This document shows, piece after piece, positions 39,804 through 53,953 of a DNA stretch of 64,000 nt. The notes under the pieces are model-generated. The model was not told where the DNA came from. It searched no databases and worked only from the letters and a program-made list of their open reading frames with translations. Source of the stretch: Octopus vulgaris (Eukaryota); assembly GCA_951406725.2 (NCBI GenBank), contig OX597829.1, positions 35,340,001-35,404,000 on the forward strand, written 5' to 3'. How positions within the stretch are numbered: the first letter of the stretch is position 1; the number at the start of each line of letters is the position of its first letter. A program made the position numbers and the translations under genes.

Positions 39804-40631
39804 ATGTTAAAATATATAAAAGAATTTTAATTCATGTAGACGATAGTTTCGTACAGTGATATAAAAATCATGCAAATTCACTGTTGAATTAAATTGATTA
39901 TATATCACTGTTTTTATATCACATTATATATCACTAATTTTTTTCTTTTTATCTATTTTCTATCTTATATTTAACACATACTAATGAATGTTAGTTCTTA
40001 TGCAAACATTAGTCCATTTTACGCATCTTATTCTGTCTTTAATTCGTTTTTATACTTCTATAAGACTTGTTTACGTTAACAATCCAGTAGCTTTTAATAC
40101 ACTATCTTCTCTAGTTTAATTTCATTCTCATGTATTAATTAAAAAAAAATATACACCACACATAGTATTGTTTCTAATTGTCAGGTCATATCTTAGTTCA
40201 AATATAGCCATGTCGCTTCATTGGACATTTCTATACAATCTTTTACCTACAAGACTTATTTGGAGTTAGAATTTCCAATCTCCTTACTCGTCTATAAAGG
40301 GAACATCTCTAAAACCACTCTCACTTATATTTTCAAATAACCGTCATAGCCTTTAGTTTTAATTAATACCTAACTAGACTCACACACATCACTTTTTCTC
40401 ATAAGGATAAATATGAATCTCCTAGACCCTAATCTGCCTTTTCCTTTCGAAACTCCTTTGTAAAAATCTTGTTTATACTTTTTGCACTGAAGAGTACTGT
40501 GATATATAATTAATTTAATTTATAATAATTAATTTATTTAATTCTATTCAACCATGAATTTGCTTCATTTTTATATCGCTGTACAAAACGATCGTCTGCA
40601 TGAATTAAAATTCTCTTATATATATTAACAT
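39804..40631 (+). mobile_element. Hammerhead-carrying PLE-like relic with inverted 5' pLTR
   Basis: 39804-39909 is the reverse complement of ~40499-40631; hammerhead in the 3' arm. Confidence 0.75.
40483..40600 (+). ncRNA. Minimal type I hammerhead ribozyme with long stem II (one core mutation)
   Basis: UGCA-CUGAAGA-GUAC.GUGAUAU...AUAUCGCUGUAC-aAAAC-GAUC-GUC^UGCA. The inverted arm retains GAAAC. Confidence 0.75.
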
Positions 40632-40636
40632 CAGCC

Positions 40637-40808
<172 letters not shown>

Positions 40809-40989
40809 TTCATTTGTGGCTATGTGGTAAGTAGCTTGCTTACCAACTACATGGTTCCCGGTTCAAAAGAGACCGATCGGATAAGTATTAGACTTACAAA
40901 GAATAAGTCCTAGGGTGATTTGTTCGACTAAGGGTGGTGCTCCAGCATGGCTGCAATCAAATGACTGAAAGAAATAAAAGAATAAAAGA

Positions 40990-41023
<34 letters not shown>

Positions 41024-41026
<3 letters not shown>

Positions 41027-41367
41027 GCATGGCTCAGTGGTTAGAGCGTCGAACTTACGACTGTGCGGTTGGGAGTTCGAATCCCGCCGGACCAAGCTGT
41101 GTGTTGTGTTCATGAGCAAGACACTTTATTTCACGTTGATCCAGTTCACTCAGCTGTAGAAATGAGTTGCGACGTCACTGGTGTCAACCTGTATCGGCTT
41201 TTGCCTTTCCCTTGGATAACACTGGTGGTATAGAGAGGGGAGGCTGGTATGCATGGCCGACTGCTGGTCTTCCATAAACGACCTTGCCCGGACTTGTGCC
41301 GGGGGGGGGGGGCGGCGGTAACTTTCTAGGTGGAATCCCATGGTCATTCGTGAGCGAAAGGGGTCTC

Positions 41368-41368
<1 letters not shown>
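41024..41368 (+). mobile_element. tRNA-derived SINE, near full-length, inserted in (TA)n
   Basis: A box TGGCTCAGTGG, B box GAGTTCGAATCCC, central GTGTTGTGTTCATGAGCAAGACACTT..CACTCAGCTGTAGAAATGAGT core. Confidence 0.85.
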
Positions 41369-41441
<73 letters not shown>

Positions 41442-41477
41442 AAAGGAGAATGGAAGATACGAGAATTTTTATTAATC

Positions 41478-41582
41478 ATCAGAATTGTTTCGACGCGTCT
41501 AGCATCTATATCTTATGGGTGGGATACTTAACAACTGGTTTAGGAGCAACCGATGGTGTAGATGTGTCTCTTCGGGTTGATA
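41478..41582 (-). ncRNA. Degenerate hammerhead-like motif with long stem II
   Basis: CCGAAGA-gacacatcta...tagacgcgtc-GAAAC-AATT; cleavage site eroded. Confidence 0.5.
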
Positions 41583-42209
41583 AATAGATATAACTTTTCA
41601 ACATAACAGTTCCGCAAAATATCTTCTCATTTCCTGTAAAAACAAAAAAAAACCCCAGCAAATTAAAAGATATAACTTCATTTATATAGAAGATGAGGAA
41701 TAAAATAACAAATGTCAAAAAGAAAAGAAATGAACACGCAATACAGCAACAAAAGTATCAAAAATGACAGTCAACGAGTATAGATCTATAAACGCCCTCG
41801 CGTAGGTTGTATGCCGCATGTACAGTCGCTCATACAAACACCCACGAAGATGTAAGCATACGCACACGTGTTGATGTTTATAAGAATGGGGAAGTTAAAG
41901 CTAAACGTAATTCATCCATACCTTAAAATGAATTATGTTAACAGTTGCTCAAATTGATTCTCCCTAAATTGTACGAAAGTACATGTATATGCATGTAAGC
42001 ATCATGAGAGTCTTTCCGAAATTCTATTAATGACCTTCTCATTGGTCCACAGAATAGACAGGGATTCCTCGGGCTAGTCAGCATATCCTGGAAATGCTAT
42101 TACATGGTTTTGAATAGCTTACGATGGACCAAGTTATGGTATACTTAACTTTATCTTCCTTAAGTCGCCATACAAAATCGGTCAAAATATTGAAGGTCTC
42201 TCTCTCTCA

Positions 42210-42267
<58 letters not shown>

Positions 42268-42286
42268 CATTTATAGAAAAGCAAAA

Positions 42287-42392
42287 GACGAAGTCAGGTG
42301 CATAAACAACAAGCAGATGTATTAGTTTAATGCTCGGGAAAGTGAGAGAGTCTTTTACGTTTCGAGTCTACGGTCTTCAACAGAAAGGAACA
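42287..42392 (-). repeat. PLE-pLTR-like dispersed repeat fragment with hammerhead-like core
   Basis: Minus strand TTGAAGA-ccgtagactc-GAAAC-GTAA; flanked by TA tracts. Confidence 0.45.
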
Positions 42393-42395
42393 CAT

Positions 42396-42450
<55 letters not shown>

Positions 42451-42730
42451 TGCATACATGCATGCATACACAAACACATAATTAGCAAGAGGGCCAACAC
42501 AGACCTCGTCCGCTTCACGGTACGCAGAGTTTCTTGCTTTTCACAGAAAAGTATATACTCAGCATAACTGAGTTCTCACAGTATCCTAACATGTCAACCT
42601 AAATACGTACATAATATATGTAGTTATGTATGTATGTATGTATGTATGTATGTATGTATGTATGTATGTATGTATGTTCGTACGTACGTACGTACATACG
42701 TACGCACGCACGTATGTATATATGTATGTG

Positions 42731-42791
<61 letters not shown>

Positions 42792-42800
42792 ATTAAGATG

Positions 42801-43600
42801 ATTACTACACGCAAATGCCTCACGCTATGAGGGACTCTTAAAGTCAAAACTACCACAATAAATATACAGTGTACCGACAGCGAGGAAATGCAACTTGGAA
42901 GCCGTCCCTTAAAACAGATTCAGCCGCAAATCATATGAGTTCATAGTTAGTGTACATAATCCACTTTCTAGTCGTCAGTGCAGGCATAATCAAGACACTT
43001 ATGAATGAACAAAATTCATTCATGCAAGATGAACACCAAATGTATCCAACATAGCACATTTAAATGTTCATACTTACATATCTATGTAAGAGGCGGGCTT
43101 TTCAAATTACTTCTCGGTACATGCGCATATTCGGAATAATTCAGCACTGAATATATTTCGCTTAAATTTAAAATTAAATATAAGATAAAATCTACATAAG
43201 AATTGATCAAGTAGTCAGCGTGAAAACCATATAAGGAAAAATTTATAATTATTCCCTTTAAATACATTTATTATATTAAGGGCATTACTACATCTAAATG
43301 CCTTACGCTATAAGTGGATTATGCACACTAACTATGAACTCATATGATTAGCGGCTGAATCTGTTTTTAAGGGACGGATTCCAAGTTGCATTCCCTCGCT
43401 GTCGGTACACTGTATATGTATTATGGTAGTTTTGATTTCAAGAGTCCCTCGTAGTGCGAGGCATTTACGTGTAGTAATGCCCTTAATATAATAAATGTAT
43501 TTAAAGGGAATAATTATAAATTTTTCCTTATATGGTTTTCACGCCGACTACTTGATAAATTCTTATATAGATTTTTATCCTATATTTAATTTCAAATTTA
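42801..43600 (-). mobile_element. Hammerhead-carrying PLE-like relic with inverted arm
   Basis: 42801-42966 is inverted relative to ~43312-43478, and 43163-43291 is inverted relative to ~43472-43600. Variant hammerhead at 42926-42981 (GCA-CUGACGA..GAAC-U-CAUAUG-A-UU-UGC). Confidence 0.75.
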
Positions 43601-44226
43601 TACACACACACACATATATATATATGTAGCTATCTGTCTATCTATTTGTTTATGTTTATTTGAGTCTTCGTCTATCTGGTCTGTCTGTCAATGTATCTAA
43701 CAATATATGTGTGTGTTATGTGAGTGTCCGTAAGTGTGCGTGTGCGTACATGCACACACATAAACGTTTAATATATATTTATTTATTCATTTTTTCATTA
43801 GTACGTGTTAAATTCATTCTGTCAGTTTTCACCACTAGATGGAGTTGTACAGTCGTGTGGGTAACCCATAAAGTATTTATGGGCATGCTTATCATGTTAA
43901 TGCCTCAGGATCTTTTCAGGTCACGAAGTAGTAATAGGGTATTGTCAGGCAAATTTTACGGTGACGGAAAAAGGAAGGGGGAGTGAGCAAAACGTACGGC
44001 TTCTGTCGGATCCCACTTCCATTTGTCATCAAGGATTCAAGAGTGGAATGACGGAAGTGAGGTTTTTGCAGTGAAAGAAAGCTAAAGGCCGGAAAGTGTT
44101 AAGCGGAATTGCGGAAAAGGAAGTGGTTTGGTGAGAAAAGGAAAACAGAGAGAAAGTATTGTAGAGGAAGTGACAAAACAGAAAAAAGAATAAGAAGAAT
44201 TAAATGAAAAAGTAATTAAGTCAAGC

Positions 44227-44266
<40 letters not shown>

Positions 44267-44514
44267 TCTGAGAGAGAAGAGGGGGGAAAGATGCGTAAGT
44301 GAAAGGGTTATGGTATGACAAATGAGAAAGGATAATCGTAAAATTGCGTAGATTGGTTAAAGCGCTGTTGGAAGTGATGATGACGCTGATGGTGATAAGG
44401 AAGGAGGCAGCGATGTTGGTCAATCTAAGTGACACCTATGCTGGAAATGATGACGTTCATGATGATGACAATCTTACTGCTGCTGCTATTACAGATGATA
44501 ATTATGACAATATT

Positions 44515-44515
44515 G

Positions 44516-44600
<85 letters not shown>
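44515..44600. repeat. (CAT)n(CAG)n microsatellite
   Basis: Direct reading. Confidence 0.95.
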
Positions 44601-44602
<2 letters not shown>

Positions 44603-44989
44603 TGCAGCATCATTTAGAGAATTCGTTATCATGAAACTGGGTTATGAATATTTCTAGTATCGAGGATATGATGGTCTGATCTGCACAAAAACTCATCTGG
44701 ATTATGAAGAGAAAAAAAAGGCTGAATTACATTCTCTGCGCGAAATTCGCGAAAAGATTGAAATGGGAATCCTATTATTAAGCTGGTATAGTAAATTACA
44801 GAGGCAGAGACGGAAGAGAGTCAGATTTAATAAGTTCATGTATTGAGTTCTTGACTTTTACAACTTTAGTTCAACATTAGCCAAACTGAGTTTTGCCTGT
44901 CATCCTCCGGAAGTGCATAAATACTCAAATTCTATAGTCGATATAATCGACAAATTTACTCTTTTGCCAATGTTAGATAATCTGTCTAT

Positions 44990-45302
<313 letters not shown>

Positions 45303-45868
45303 GAGTGAGAGAGCAGTGCATGCCATCAAAGTGACACTGGGATAAAATATACGAAGCCCAATATACCCATCATGACTACCCGTCTGATAAGGGTGCACCA
45401 GGCACATGCATCACAACCATATGTGCGCGACATGGTGATCTCATATCAAGATAAACAGCGCATGACCTTGCAGGTGAGGCCCAGTTAGAATTTTCTTCTT
45501 GTCGAGTAGCCCATCCCACTCAAAAGGTGCTTGAATAAGGATTGTTTAAGGATGTTGAACGAACCACTCCTGTTTCCAAAAGTGAATTATCCAAGCCACT
45601 AAGAATTCCTTTCAACGCACGGCTATGATGCTCCTCCACTACTTCTGCTTGTGATCAGAGATGCACATATTGTCAGCCACTAAGGGACATGCTCAACTGA
45701 TGATGATGGTTAAGGTCAAACAACTGACAAGCAAATCTGTGGTATTGAGCAGAATATTTGCTGTAGCCCATCTTTTATACCAAGACCAAACAATGTACAT
45801 GATAACACTTCCAATCAGTTAAGATCAGATGTCACGAGAGCCACTGTCTGGTATTGCATCAGGGCATT
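45303..45868 (-). mobile_element. ~565-bp non-coding TAA-associated element, copy 1 (full length)
   Basis: Near-identical to 52094-52644 and 53194-53748; same orientation relative to the TAA tract. Confidence 0.9.
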
Positions 45869-45918
45869 TTCTTCTTCTTCTTCTTCTTCTTCTTCTTCTT
45901 CTTCTTCTTCTTCTTCTT

Positions 45919-46024
<106 letters not shown>

Positions 46025-46139
46025 CCACCACCACCACCACCACCACCACCACCACCACAACCACCAAAACCACCACCACCACCATCGTCGTCGTCGTCGT
46101 CATCATCATCATCATCATTATTATTTTTATTATTATTAT

Positions 46140-48508
46140 TGACTTTTGCTTTATATTTGTTCAAGTTGGCTCCAAGTTTCACCCAGAGATCTCAAGAGAT
46201 AACAAGTTAGAAGTTCCTGTTGGTGTTATGCCTAAGGTGTCATATATTTGGATTTGCACATAGTATTGTTCTAGAGAATGTTTAAGAGAATATAAGAAAA
46301 TTATGAGTTTGTTTTAAAACTTTAGATTAAATAGATAGTATTTTACATAGGATATGGACAGTCCCCATCAGCACTATATTTTGAATTTCTACTATTTTGG
46401 TGTATCCTGGTATCTGAGCTAGGTAGGAATCAGCCCCTTTTGCTATCATTGCTATGGCACCTATGACAACAGATATTGTTTTAATCTTGATGTTCCATAT
46501 TTTGCCAATTTCTATTTTGATATTTTTATACTTGCTCAGTTATTGGTAGGTCTTGACAGATGCATTTATGTCGATTGGGACAGTCATATCAATGAGGAGG
46601 CATGGTTTTTGTCTGAAGACTTTCAATATAATGTCTGGACTATTCACGTCTATATTTCTGTCAGTGTGAACGGTGAAGTTCCTAAGTATTGAGATGTGAT
46701 CATTTTCAAGCACTGGAAGTACTTTGTGTTCGTACTAATTTTTATCATGGGACAGGTCCGTCGTCTAGCTAATAATGATTCTATTGTTATCAAAATGGCG
46801 GATAAGAGAGGCATTTGTATTTTAATAATTTTGCAAATTACCCATTGAATATACTGTGCTGCTCTATCATGCCTGTGGAGATACTCTGTAGGCGCAAGAA
46901 GACTGTACATGGAGACAACTTGATTAATGGTTTCATTTTGTTGTTGACATACACGACATGTTGAGCTACTGCCGTTCTTTAATATGTTGGCCTGGTAGTT
47001 CCTTGTTGGTAGTCATTGATCTTGGGCTGCTATGATAATCCCTTCTGTTTCTGATTTTAAGCCAGGAGACACTAACCATCAGCACTATATTTTGAATTTC
47101 TACTATTTTGGTGTATCCTGGTATCTGAGCTAGGAAGGAATCAGCCCCTTTTGCTATCATTCCTATGGCGCCTATGACAACAGATATTGTTTTAATCTTG
47201 ATAGATAAGGGCTTTGTCAACATCGACCATTATTAGTTCTCTTTGGGCATTTGCCATTGAAAGGTTTTTCTTGCCAAGTATCAGTAAGAATATCTAAGGC
47301 AACAGTTTTAGCACGGGTTTTCACATGCTTAGCTTGTTTCTAGTACGTCTAATTCTTGGATTTATTGTATTTGGAATTCACCTTTATATTCATTTGCCTG
47401 TTTTGTTACTGAGTATGATGCTTTCTTGTTTTCTTGTTTTGAGACAAGTTTTAACGTTCAGTCATCATAGTATTTCAGGTAGGTGTTTAGGCCAATTGTG
47501 ATAACCTTCATTGTTAATTCCAGTTGTAAAAGTCCTCGGCCGCACTCTTTTATTGGGAGATAAAGTCGTTCTATACCTGCGTTAGGGTGGTACATATATG
47601 CATTGTCAATAATTTTCGTATTTTTCTGTCAAGATCACGCATTTCAGTAATTGACCAGTTAACGACTGGTATGGCTAAAATATTGATCGCTTCGATCCTG
47701 TTTCTTGCATTCAGCTCTGTCTTGAGTATTGCTCTTACCCTGCGATAATATTCTCTTCCGATCCTTTCGCTCATCATTGAATGTTTGATTCTATCATCTC
47801 AAATAGTAGCTCTCCGCTGGTTCTAATTCCTTTGTGACATTCTGCTGGTCAAGATTAACAATGGATGTTTCTGTTATTTTCCCTTTCATAAAGGTAACTT
47901 TTGGGCATTTATCGAGGCCAAATTGCATCCTGATGTTATCACTGAATTCTTTAACAGTTCCTAGTAATCCTTATAGTGGATGGCCATCTTTTGCAGAGCT
48001 TTAAATCATCCATGTAAAAGAGATGATTTATATTATCAAACATTTTATAGTCATATTGTACAACATTGAACGATTTTGAGAGCGGTATTAAGACTAAACA
48101 AAAGAGAAGTGGTGATAGAGAGTCACCCTGGAAAATGCCACATGAAATCCTTACATCTCAAGCATTGAGAGATACTTTGTCACTGTTCAAAATCAGTGTG
48201 TTTCTTCATGATCTCATACTTACAGACAAGATGTTTCGCAGAGTAGATGCTATTTCATACATTTCCAGACATTTCTTAATCCAGCTATATGGTAAACTAT
48301 CAAAAGCTTTTTTATAGTCTATCTAGGCTACCGACAAGTTTTTGTGTCGTTTGTGACAGTCTTCCAAGCACATCTTATTGATGAATAGCTGATTTTTACA
48401 ACCATAGGACTCACGTTTATACCCCATTTTGTCATTATGGAATATGACATTTTTTATTTAAAAAACTAGCGGTATATTCAGCCAAGACAGATGTTAGTAT
48501 TTTATTAA
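46140..48508 (-). mobile_element. R4/Dong LINE family B, 5'-truncated, decayed, with templated insertions
   Basis: DYKKAFDS, IFQGDSLSP, YMDD, REYYRRVRAILKTELNARN and RHDRAAQYI; 3' UTR shared with 58712-58900. Confidence 0.9.
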
Positions 48509-48509
48509 C

Positions 48510-48810
48510 TGTATCCCGAATTTTGTCATGAAGACATTAGCGAAATTAACTGTTATGAGGGTACCCATCGGCAACCCCATGTCTGGTGTTAACATTTTTG
48601 TTCGGGATGGACGTTCCGAAGCACTACTGGAGTTTCTTAAATCATGTCAGACAGGCATTAGACAAAGCCTTTAAAACAAGTGGAAAGAAGTCCTGGAATA
48701 ACCTCACAAATTTCCAGCGTTACGCACTCCGTCGTCTAGCTAATAATGATTCTATTGTTATCAAAATGGCGGATAAGAGAGGCATTTGTATTTTAATAAT
48801 TTTGAATTTC
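48510..48810 (+). mobile_element. PLE N-terminal (DKG domain) fragment
   Basis: NNLTNFQRYALRRLANNDSIVIKMADKRG matches the PLE NL....AL..L......I.ADKG motif. Confidence 0.75.
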
Positions 48811-48909
48811 TATGTATCACTTTTCATTTTGAACTCGACAAAGACAGGAAAACAGTCGAAATATCGTTCACCCAATAAAACATCTATTTCAATTGCAATA
48901 ATATTGTCT

Positions 48910-49257
48910 GTGATCTCATATCAACATTAGCAATGCATGACCTTGCAGGTGGGGCTCAGTTCGAATTTTCTTCAGGTCGAGTAGCCCATCCCTCTCAAAA
49001 AGTCCTTGAATAGGGGTTCTTTAAGATGTTGAACGAAACATCAATGTTTCCAGAGGGGAATTATTCAAACCTCAAAGACGTTCTTTCAACACATGGCTAT
49101 GATGCTCCCCACTACGTCTGGTCTAATCAGAGATGCACATATCGTCAGCCATTAAGGGACATGCTCAACTGGTTAAGGTCAAACAACTGACAAGCAAATC
49201 TGTGGTATTGAGCATCTTTTATACCAAGAGAAAACATGATAACACTTCCAATCAGTT
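48910..49257 (-). mobile_element. Non-coding TAA-associated element, copy 2 (partial)
   Basis: Colinear with the middle of copy 1. Confidence 0.85.
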
Positions 49258-49566
49258 CTTCTTCTTCTTCTTCTTCTTCTTCGTTGTCGTCTTCTTCTTC
49301 TTCTTCTTCTTCTTCTTTGCCTTCTTCTTCTTCTTCTTCTTCTTCTTCTTCTTCTTCTTCTTCTTCTTCTTCTTCTTCTTCTTCTTCTTCTTCTTCTTCT
49401 TCTTCTTCTTCTTCTTCTTCTTCTTCGTCTTCTTCTTCTTCTTCTTCTTCTTCTTCGTCTTCTTCTCCTTCTTCTTCTTCTTCTTCTTCTTCTTCTTCTT
49501 CTTCTTCTTCTTCTTCTTCTTCTTCTTCTTCTTCTTCTTCTTCTGCTGCTGCTGCTGCTGCTGCTC
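49257..49566. repeat. (CTT)n + (CTG)n microsatellite
   Basis: Direct reading. Confidence 0.97.
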
Positions 49567-49579
49567 TTAAGTAGTTTTC

Positions 49580-50068
49580 CTCTTTTCAAGGTTGCATTGG
49601 CAACCTTGTACCCAACAATGGTGTCTTCTAGATCACCTCAAGCCTGACAGCATCTCCAATATTAATGTTTTTCAAAGCCCTTGGAAACTGCTCCTAATGC
49701 TCCAATTACCACCGGTATCACCATCGCTTTCCACATGCCCCATAACTTTCCTATCTCGTCCCGCTGTGGCTGGAATTTCTTACACGTTTCTGTTTCCTTA
49801 GATTTCACCCTCGAATCGCCTGGTATTTCCACATCTATTATTTTTAATCCTTTTTCATCTTTATGGATGATCACGATATCTGGTCGTCTCGCCTCTATGA
49901 CTTGGTCGTACTGTATGTTAAAATCCCAGAGTATTTTGTAATGTTCGTTTTTCATTACTCCCTCTGGCTTGTGTTCATACCATTGTTCGGCTCTCCCGAA
50001 GTTTGCTTTACCGCACAACAGCCAGTGGACATATCTGGCCACATTGTCGTTTCTCCTTTTCTATTCGC
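49580..50068 (-). mobile_element. R4-clade LINE family D, RLE endonuclease fragment
   Basis: ARYVHWLLC..WYEHKPE..ILWDFNIQ..ARRPDIVII..IIDVEIPGD..IPVVIGALG. Confidence 0.88.
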
Positions 50069-50069
50069 G

Positions 50070-50124
<55 letters not shown>

Positions 50125-50160
50125 GCTACTACTACCACCACCACCACCACCACCACCACC

Positions 50161-50207
<47 letters not shown>

Positions 50208-50232
50208 CTCTATCATTATTATTATTATTATT

Positions 50233-50284
50233 GAGTGAGAGAGCACTGCATGCTATCAAAGTGGCACTGGGGTAAAATATATAC
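50233..50284 (-). mobile_element. Non-coding TAA-associated element, copy 3 (terminal ~50 bp only)
   Basis: GAGTGAGAGAGCACTGCATGCTATCAAAGTGGCACTGGGGTAAAATATA next to (TTA)n. Confidence 0.8.
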
Positions 50285-50302
50285 CTATAGTATACCTATT
50301 AT

Positions 50303-51960
50303 TATTCAGTAGTCTTATTTGCATCACTTGCTTTCACAGTACTACCGGGCGTAGCTCTGTGTACTTTGGGTATGTGCTGTGGTTTGTTGTGGTGCTCTTA
50401 TTTTTACTGTATTGAAAGTGATTTACGTAGGAGGTGCATAGTAGTGCTATTTTCTGCATGTTATATATACTTGTCAGTCCTTGTATTTTCGCTATGCATT
50501 CGTCTGAATGTGTTTTTTATCATACCTAATGCGCCTACTATGATAGGGATTGTTTCTGTTTTTAGACTACACATTCGAGTTACCTATTTCCAGATCTTGA
50601 AAGTTTCTCCGTTTCTCTTAGAGAAACATTGTCATCTGTTGGTATTGATACATCGATTAGAAAGCATTTTTTCTTGGTGATGTCTGACAGTTATATCCAG
50701 CCTAATGGCCTTAATTTCTCTATCTGTGTGTATTGGCATATCTCAGAGTATGGTTGCTTTCTCATTTTCTTTGACGTTTTCTTGTGTGTGCCTATATCTC
50801 TTTTTTATGTAGTTACTTTGTAGTGTTGGCATAGCTTCCAGTGTATATAGGGCCCAACTCTGTCATGTCTGTGAATATATTCCTTCTTAATCAGGACTGG
50901 GCAGCCAGAGACAATATTATTCATTGTTTCTTATCCATCACCACAAATACTGCAGTTATTTGTTGTGTTTCTTTTCACTGCGTATTTTTGGTGATTTCTG
51001 ACAGGGAGGCTTTGGTCTTGTGCTGCAATTCAGTCCTGAGCTTCTCAGCTATTGTTGGGATTTTGCTTTGTCTATTTCTTATCTATTTATCATAATTCAA
51101 TATTTGCCATGAAAGGGCTTTTCTTGCTATCGTTTTATTATGACCCGTTACTGTTCCACTTTTAGCTTGGATTTCATTTGTTTTACAATTTTTGTTGTTG
51201 TTTTTCTTCTGTTTGTATTTGTTTGCTTCCTCTAAGACAGAACGCAGTTTTTGTCTTGTTCGTTTTTTTGTGGCTATTTGCATTAGTTTTCCTTGCTTCT
51301 AAAATAGGTATTCCTGTAATCCTTTGGTGGTTATTTTGTAATAGCTGTCTAGCTGTATAAGGCCTCTGTCACCTTCCATACGTTGTATATATAACCATTC
51401 TATGTAAGATTTTAGGTTAGGTGGTCCATCTTAAATCCTGTCCTTATTCTTCTTGTTTTCCTGTCTATCTTGAATAGCTCATTTAGAGTTCAGTTAAGAA
51501 ATATTGTTGCTGTAACTTATAACTCGGACGGCTATTACCTTTTTATTTGTTTTTCGCATTGAGCTCTGTTTTCAGTATTAATCTAACTCGTCTATAATAT
51601 TACTTTCTCATTTTCTCTTTCATCTGCGCGTGTTGTATCGTATCTAGTTCATTGATTCCTAAGTATTTGTATGTCTGGTTTTGGTCTAATTCTCTTATTT
51701 CATTTGCTTTATCTAGTGAAGTGTTGCTACTCTCAACTAGTTTTCTTCTTTCCAAGGTTGCTTTGGCACATTTTTCCAAGCCAAATTTCATGTTTATTTC
51801 TTTGGTAAACCCTTGTACTGTCTGCAGTAATGTTTGCAACTATTTATCATTTGTCGTATACAGTTTTACATCTTACATATACAAATGATGGTTCATTGTT
51901 TTGCCGTAATATTTGTATCCACATCCAGATCTGTTTAGCATGTCATATAAAGGCGTCAGT
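50303..51960 (-). mobile_element. R4/Dong LINE family C, 5'-truncated, decayed
   Basis: 3' end matches 1300-1397; MKFGLEKCAKA, YKYLGINE and RHDRVG. Confidence 0.88.
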
Positions 51961-51986
51961 GTCAAACAAAAAAGGAGTGGGGATTG

Positions 51987-52023
<37 letters not shown>

Positions 52024-52031
52024 TATTATAA

Positions 52032-52093
<62 letters not shown>

Positions 52094-52644
52094 GAGTGAG
52101 AGAGCAGTTCATGCCATCAAAGTGACACTGGGGTAAAATATACGAAGCCCAGTATACCCATCATGATTACCCGTCTGATAAAGGTACACCAGGCACATGC
52201 ATCACAACCATATGTGCGCGACATGGTGATCTCATATCAAGATAAACAGCACATGACCTTGCAGGTGGGGCCCAGTTAGAATTTTCTTCTGGTCGAGTAG
52301 CCCATCCCGCTCAAAAGGTCCCTGAATAAGGGTTGTTTAAGGATGTTGAAAGAACCACCCATGTTTCCAGAGGTGAATTATTCAAACTCCAAAGAATCCC
52401 TCTCAACACATGGCTATGATGCTCCCCCACTACTTCTGCTCGTGATCAGAGATGCACATATCGTCAGCCACTAAGGGACATGCTCAACTGGTTAAGGTCA
52501 AACAACTGACAAGCAAATCTGTGGTATTGAGCAGAATATTTGCTGTAGCCCATCTTTTATACCAAGACAAAACAAGGTACATGATAACACTTCCAATCAG
52601 TTAAGATCAGAAGCCATGAGAGCCACTGCCTGGTACTGCATCAG
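52094..52644 (-). mobile_element. Non-coding TAA-associated element, copy 4
   Basis: Flanked both sides by pure (TTA)n. Confidence 0.92.
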
Positions 52645-53172
<528 letters not shown>

Positions 53173-53193
53173 ATTATTATTATTATTATTATT

Positions 53194-53748
53194 GAGTGAG
53201 AGAGCAGTGCATGCCATCAAAGTGACACTGGGGTAAAATATACGAAGCCCAGTATACCCATCATGACTACTCGTCTGATAAGGGTACACCAGGTACATAC
53301 ATCACAACCATATGTGCGTGACATAGTGTTCTCATATCAAGATAAACAGCACATGACCTTGCAGGTGGGGCCCAGTTAGAATTTTCTTCTGGTCGAGTAG
53401 CCCATCCCGCTCAAAAGGTCCCTGAATAAGGATTGTTTAAGGATGTTGAATGAACCACGCCTGTTTCCAGAGGTGAATTATCCAAACCTCAAAGACTTCC
53501 TCTCAACACATGACTATGATGCTCCCCCACTACTTCTGCTCATGATCAGAGATGCACATATCCTCAGCCACTAAGGGACATGGTCAACTGATTAAGGTCA
53601 AACAATTGACAGGCAAATCTGTGGTATTGAACAGAATATTTGCCGTAGCCCATCTTTTATACCAAGACAACACAACGTACATGATAACACTTCCATTCAG
53701 TTAAGATCAGAAGCTATGGGAGACACTGTCTGGTACTGCATCAGGGCA
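53194..53748 (-). mobile_element. Non-coding TAA-associated element, copy 6
   Basis: Flanked both sides by (TTA)n. Confidence 0.92.
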
Positions 53749-53953
53749 ATATTATTATAATTATTATTATTATTACTTTTTTTTTCTTCTTTCAAATTTT
53801 CTTCCATTTCTTGCCGAGTGTCTTCCCGACTCCTAGGGCAAAGAAACTCATAGTATATATTGGTAGGCCATTAAACCAAACTCAGTAGTTCGTTCATTTT
53901 TTTTTTTTTTTTTTTTTTAAAGTTAAATTAAAATACATGAGCAGCAACAGTTC

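Noticed and set aside
41024-41095. tRNA-like sequence
   Set aside because: A and B boxes are present but there is no proper acceptor stem, and it continues into a SINE body
44344-44634. ORF with poly-His/poly-Gln resembling a transcription-factor exon
   Set aside because: Explained by a (CAT)n(CAG)n microsatellite; no domain or convincing splice sites
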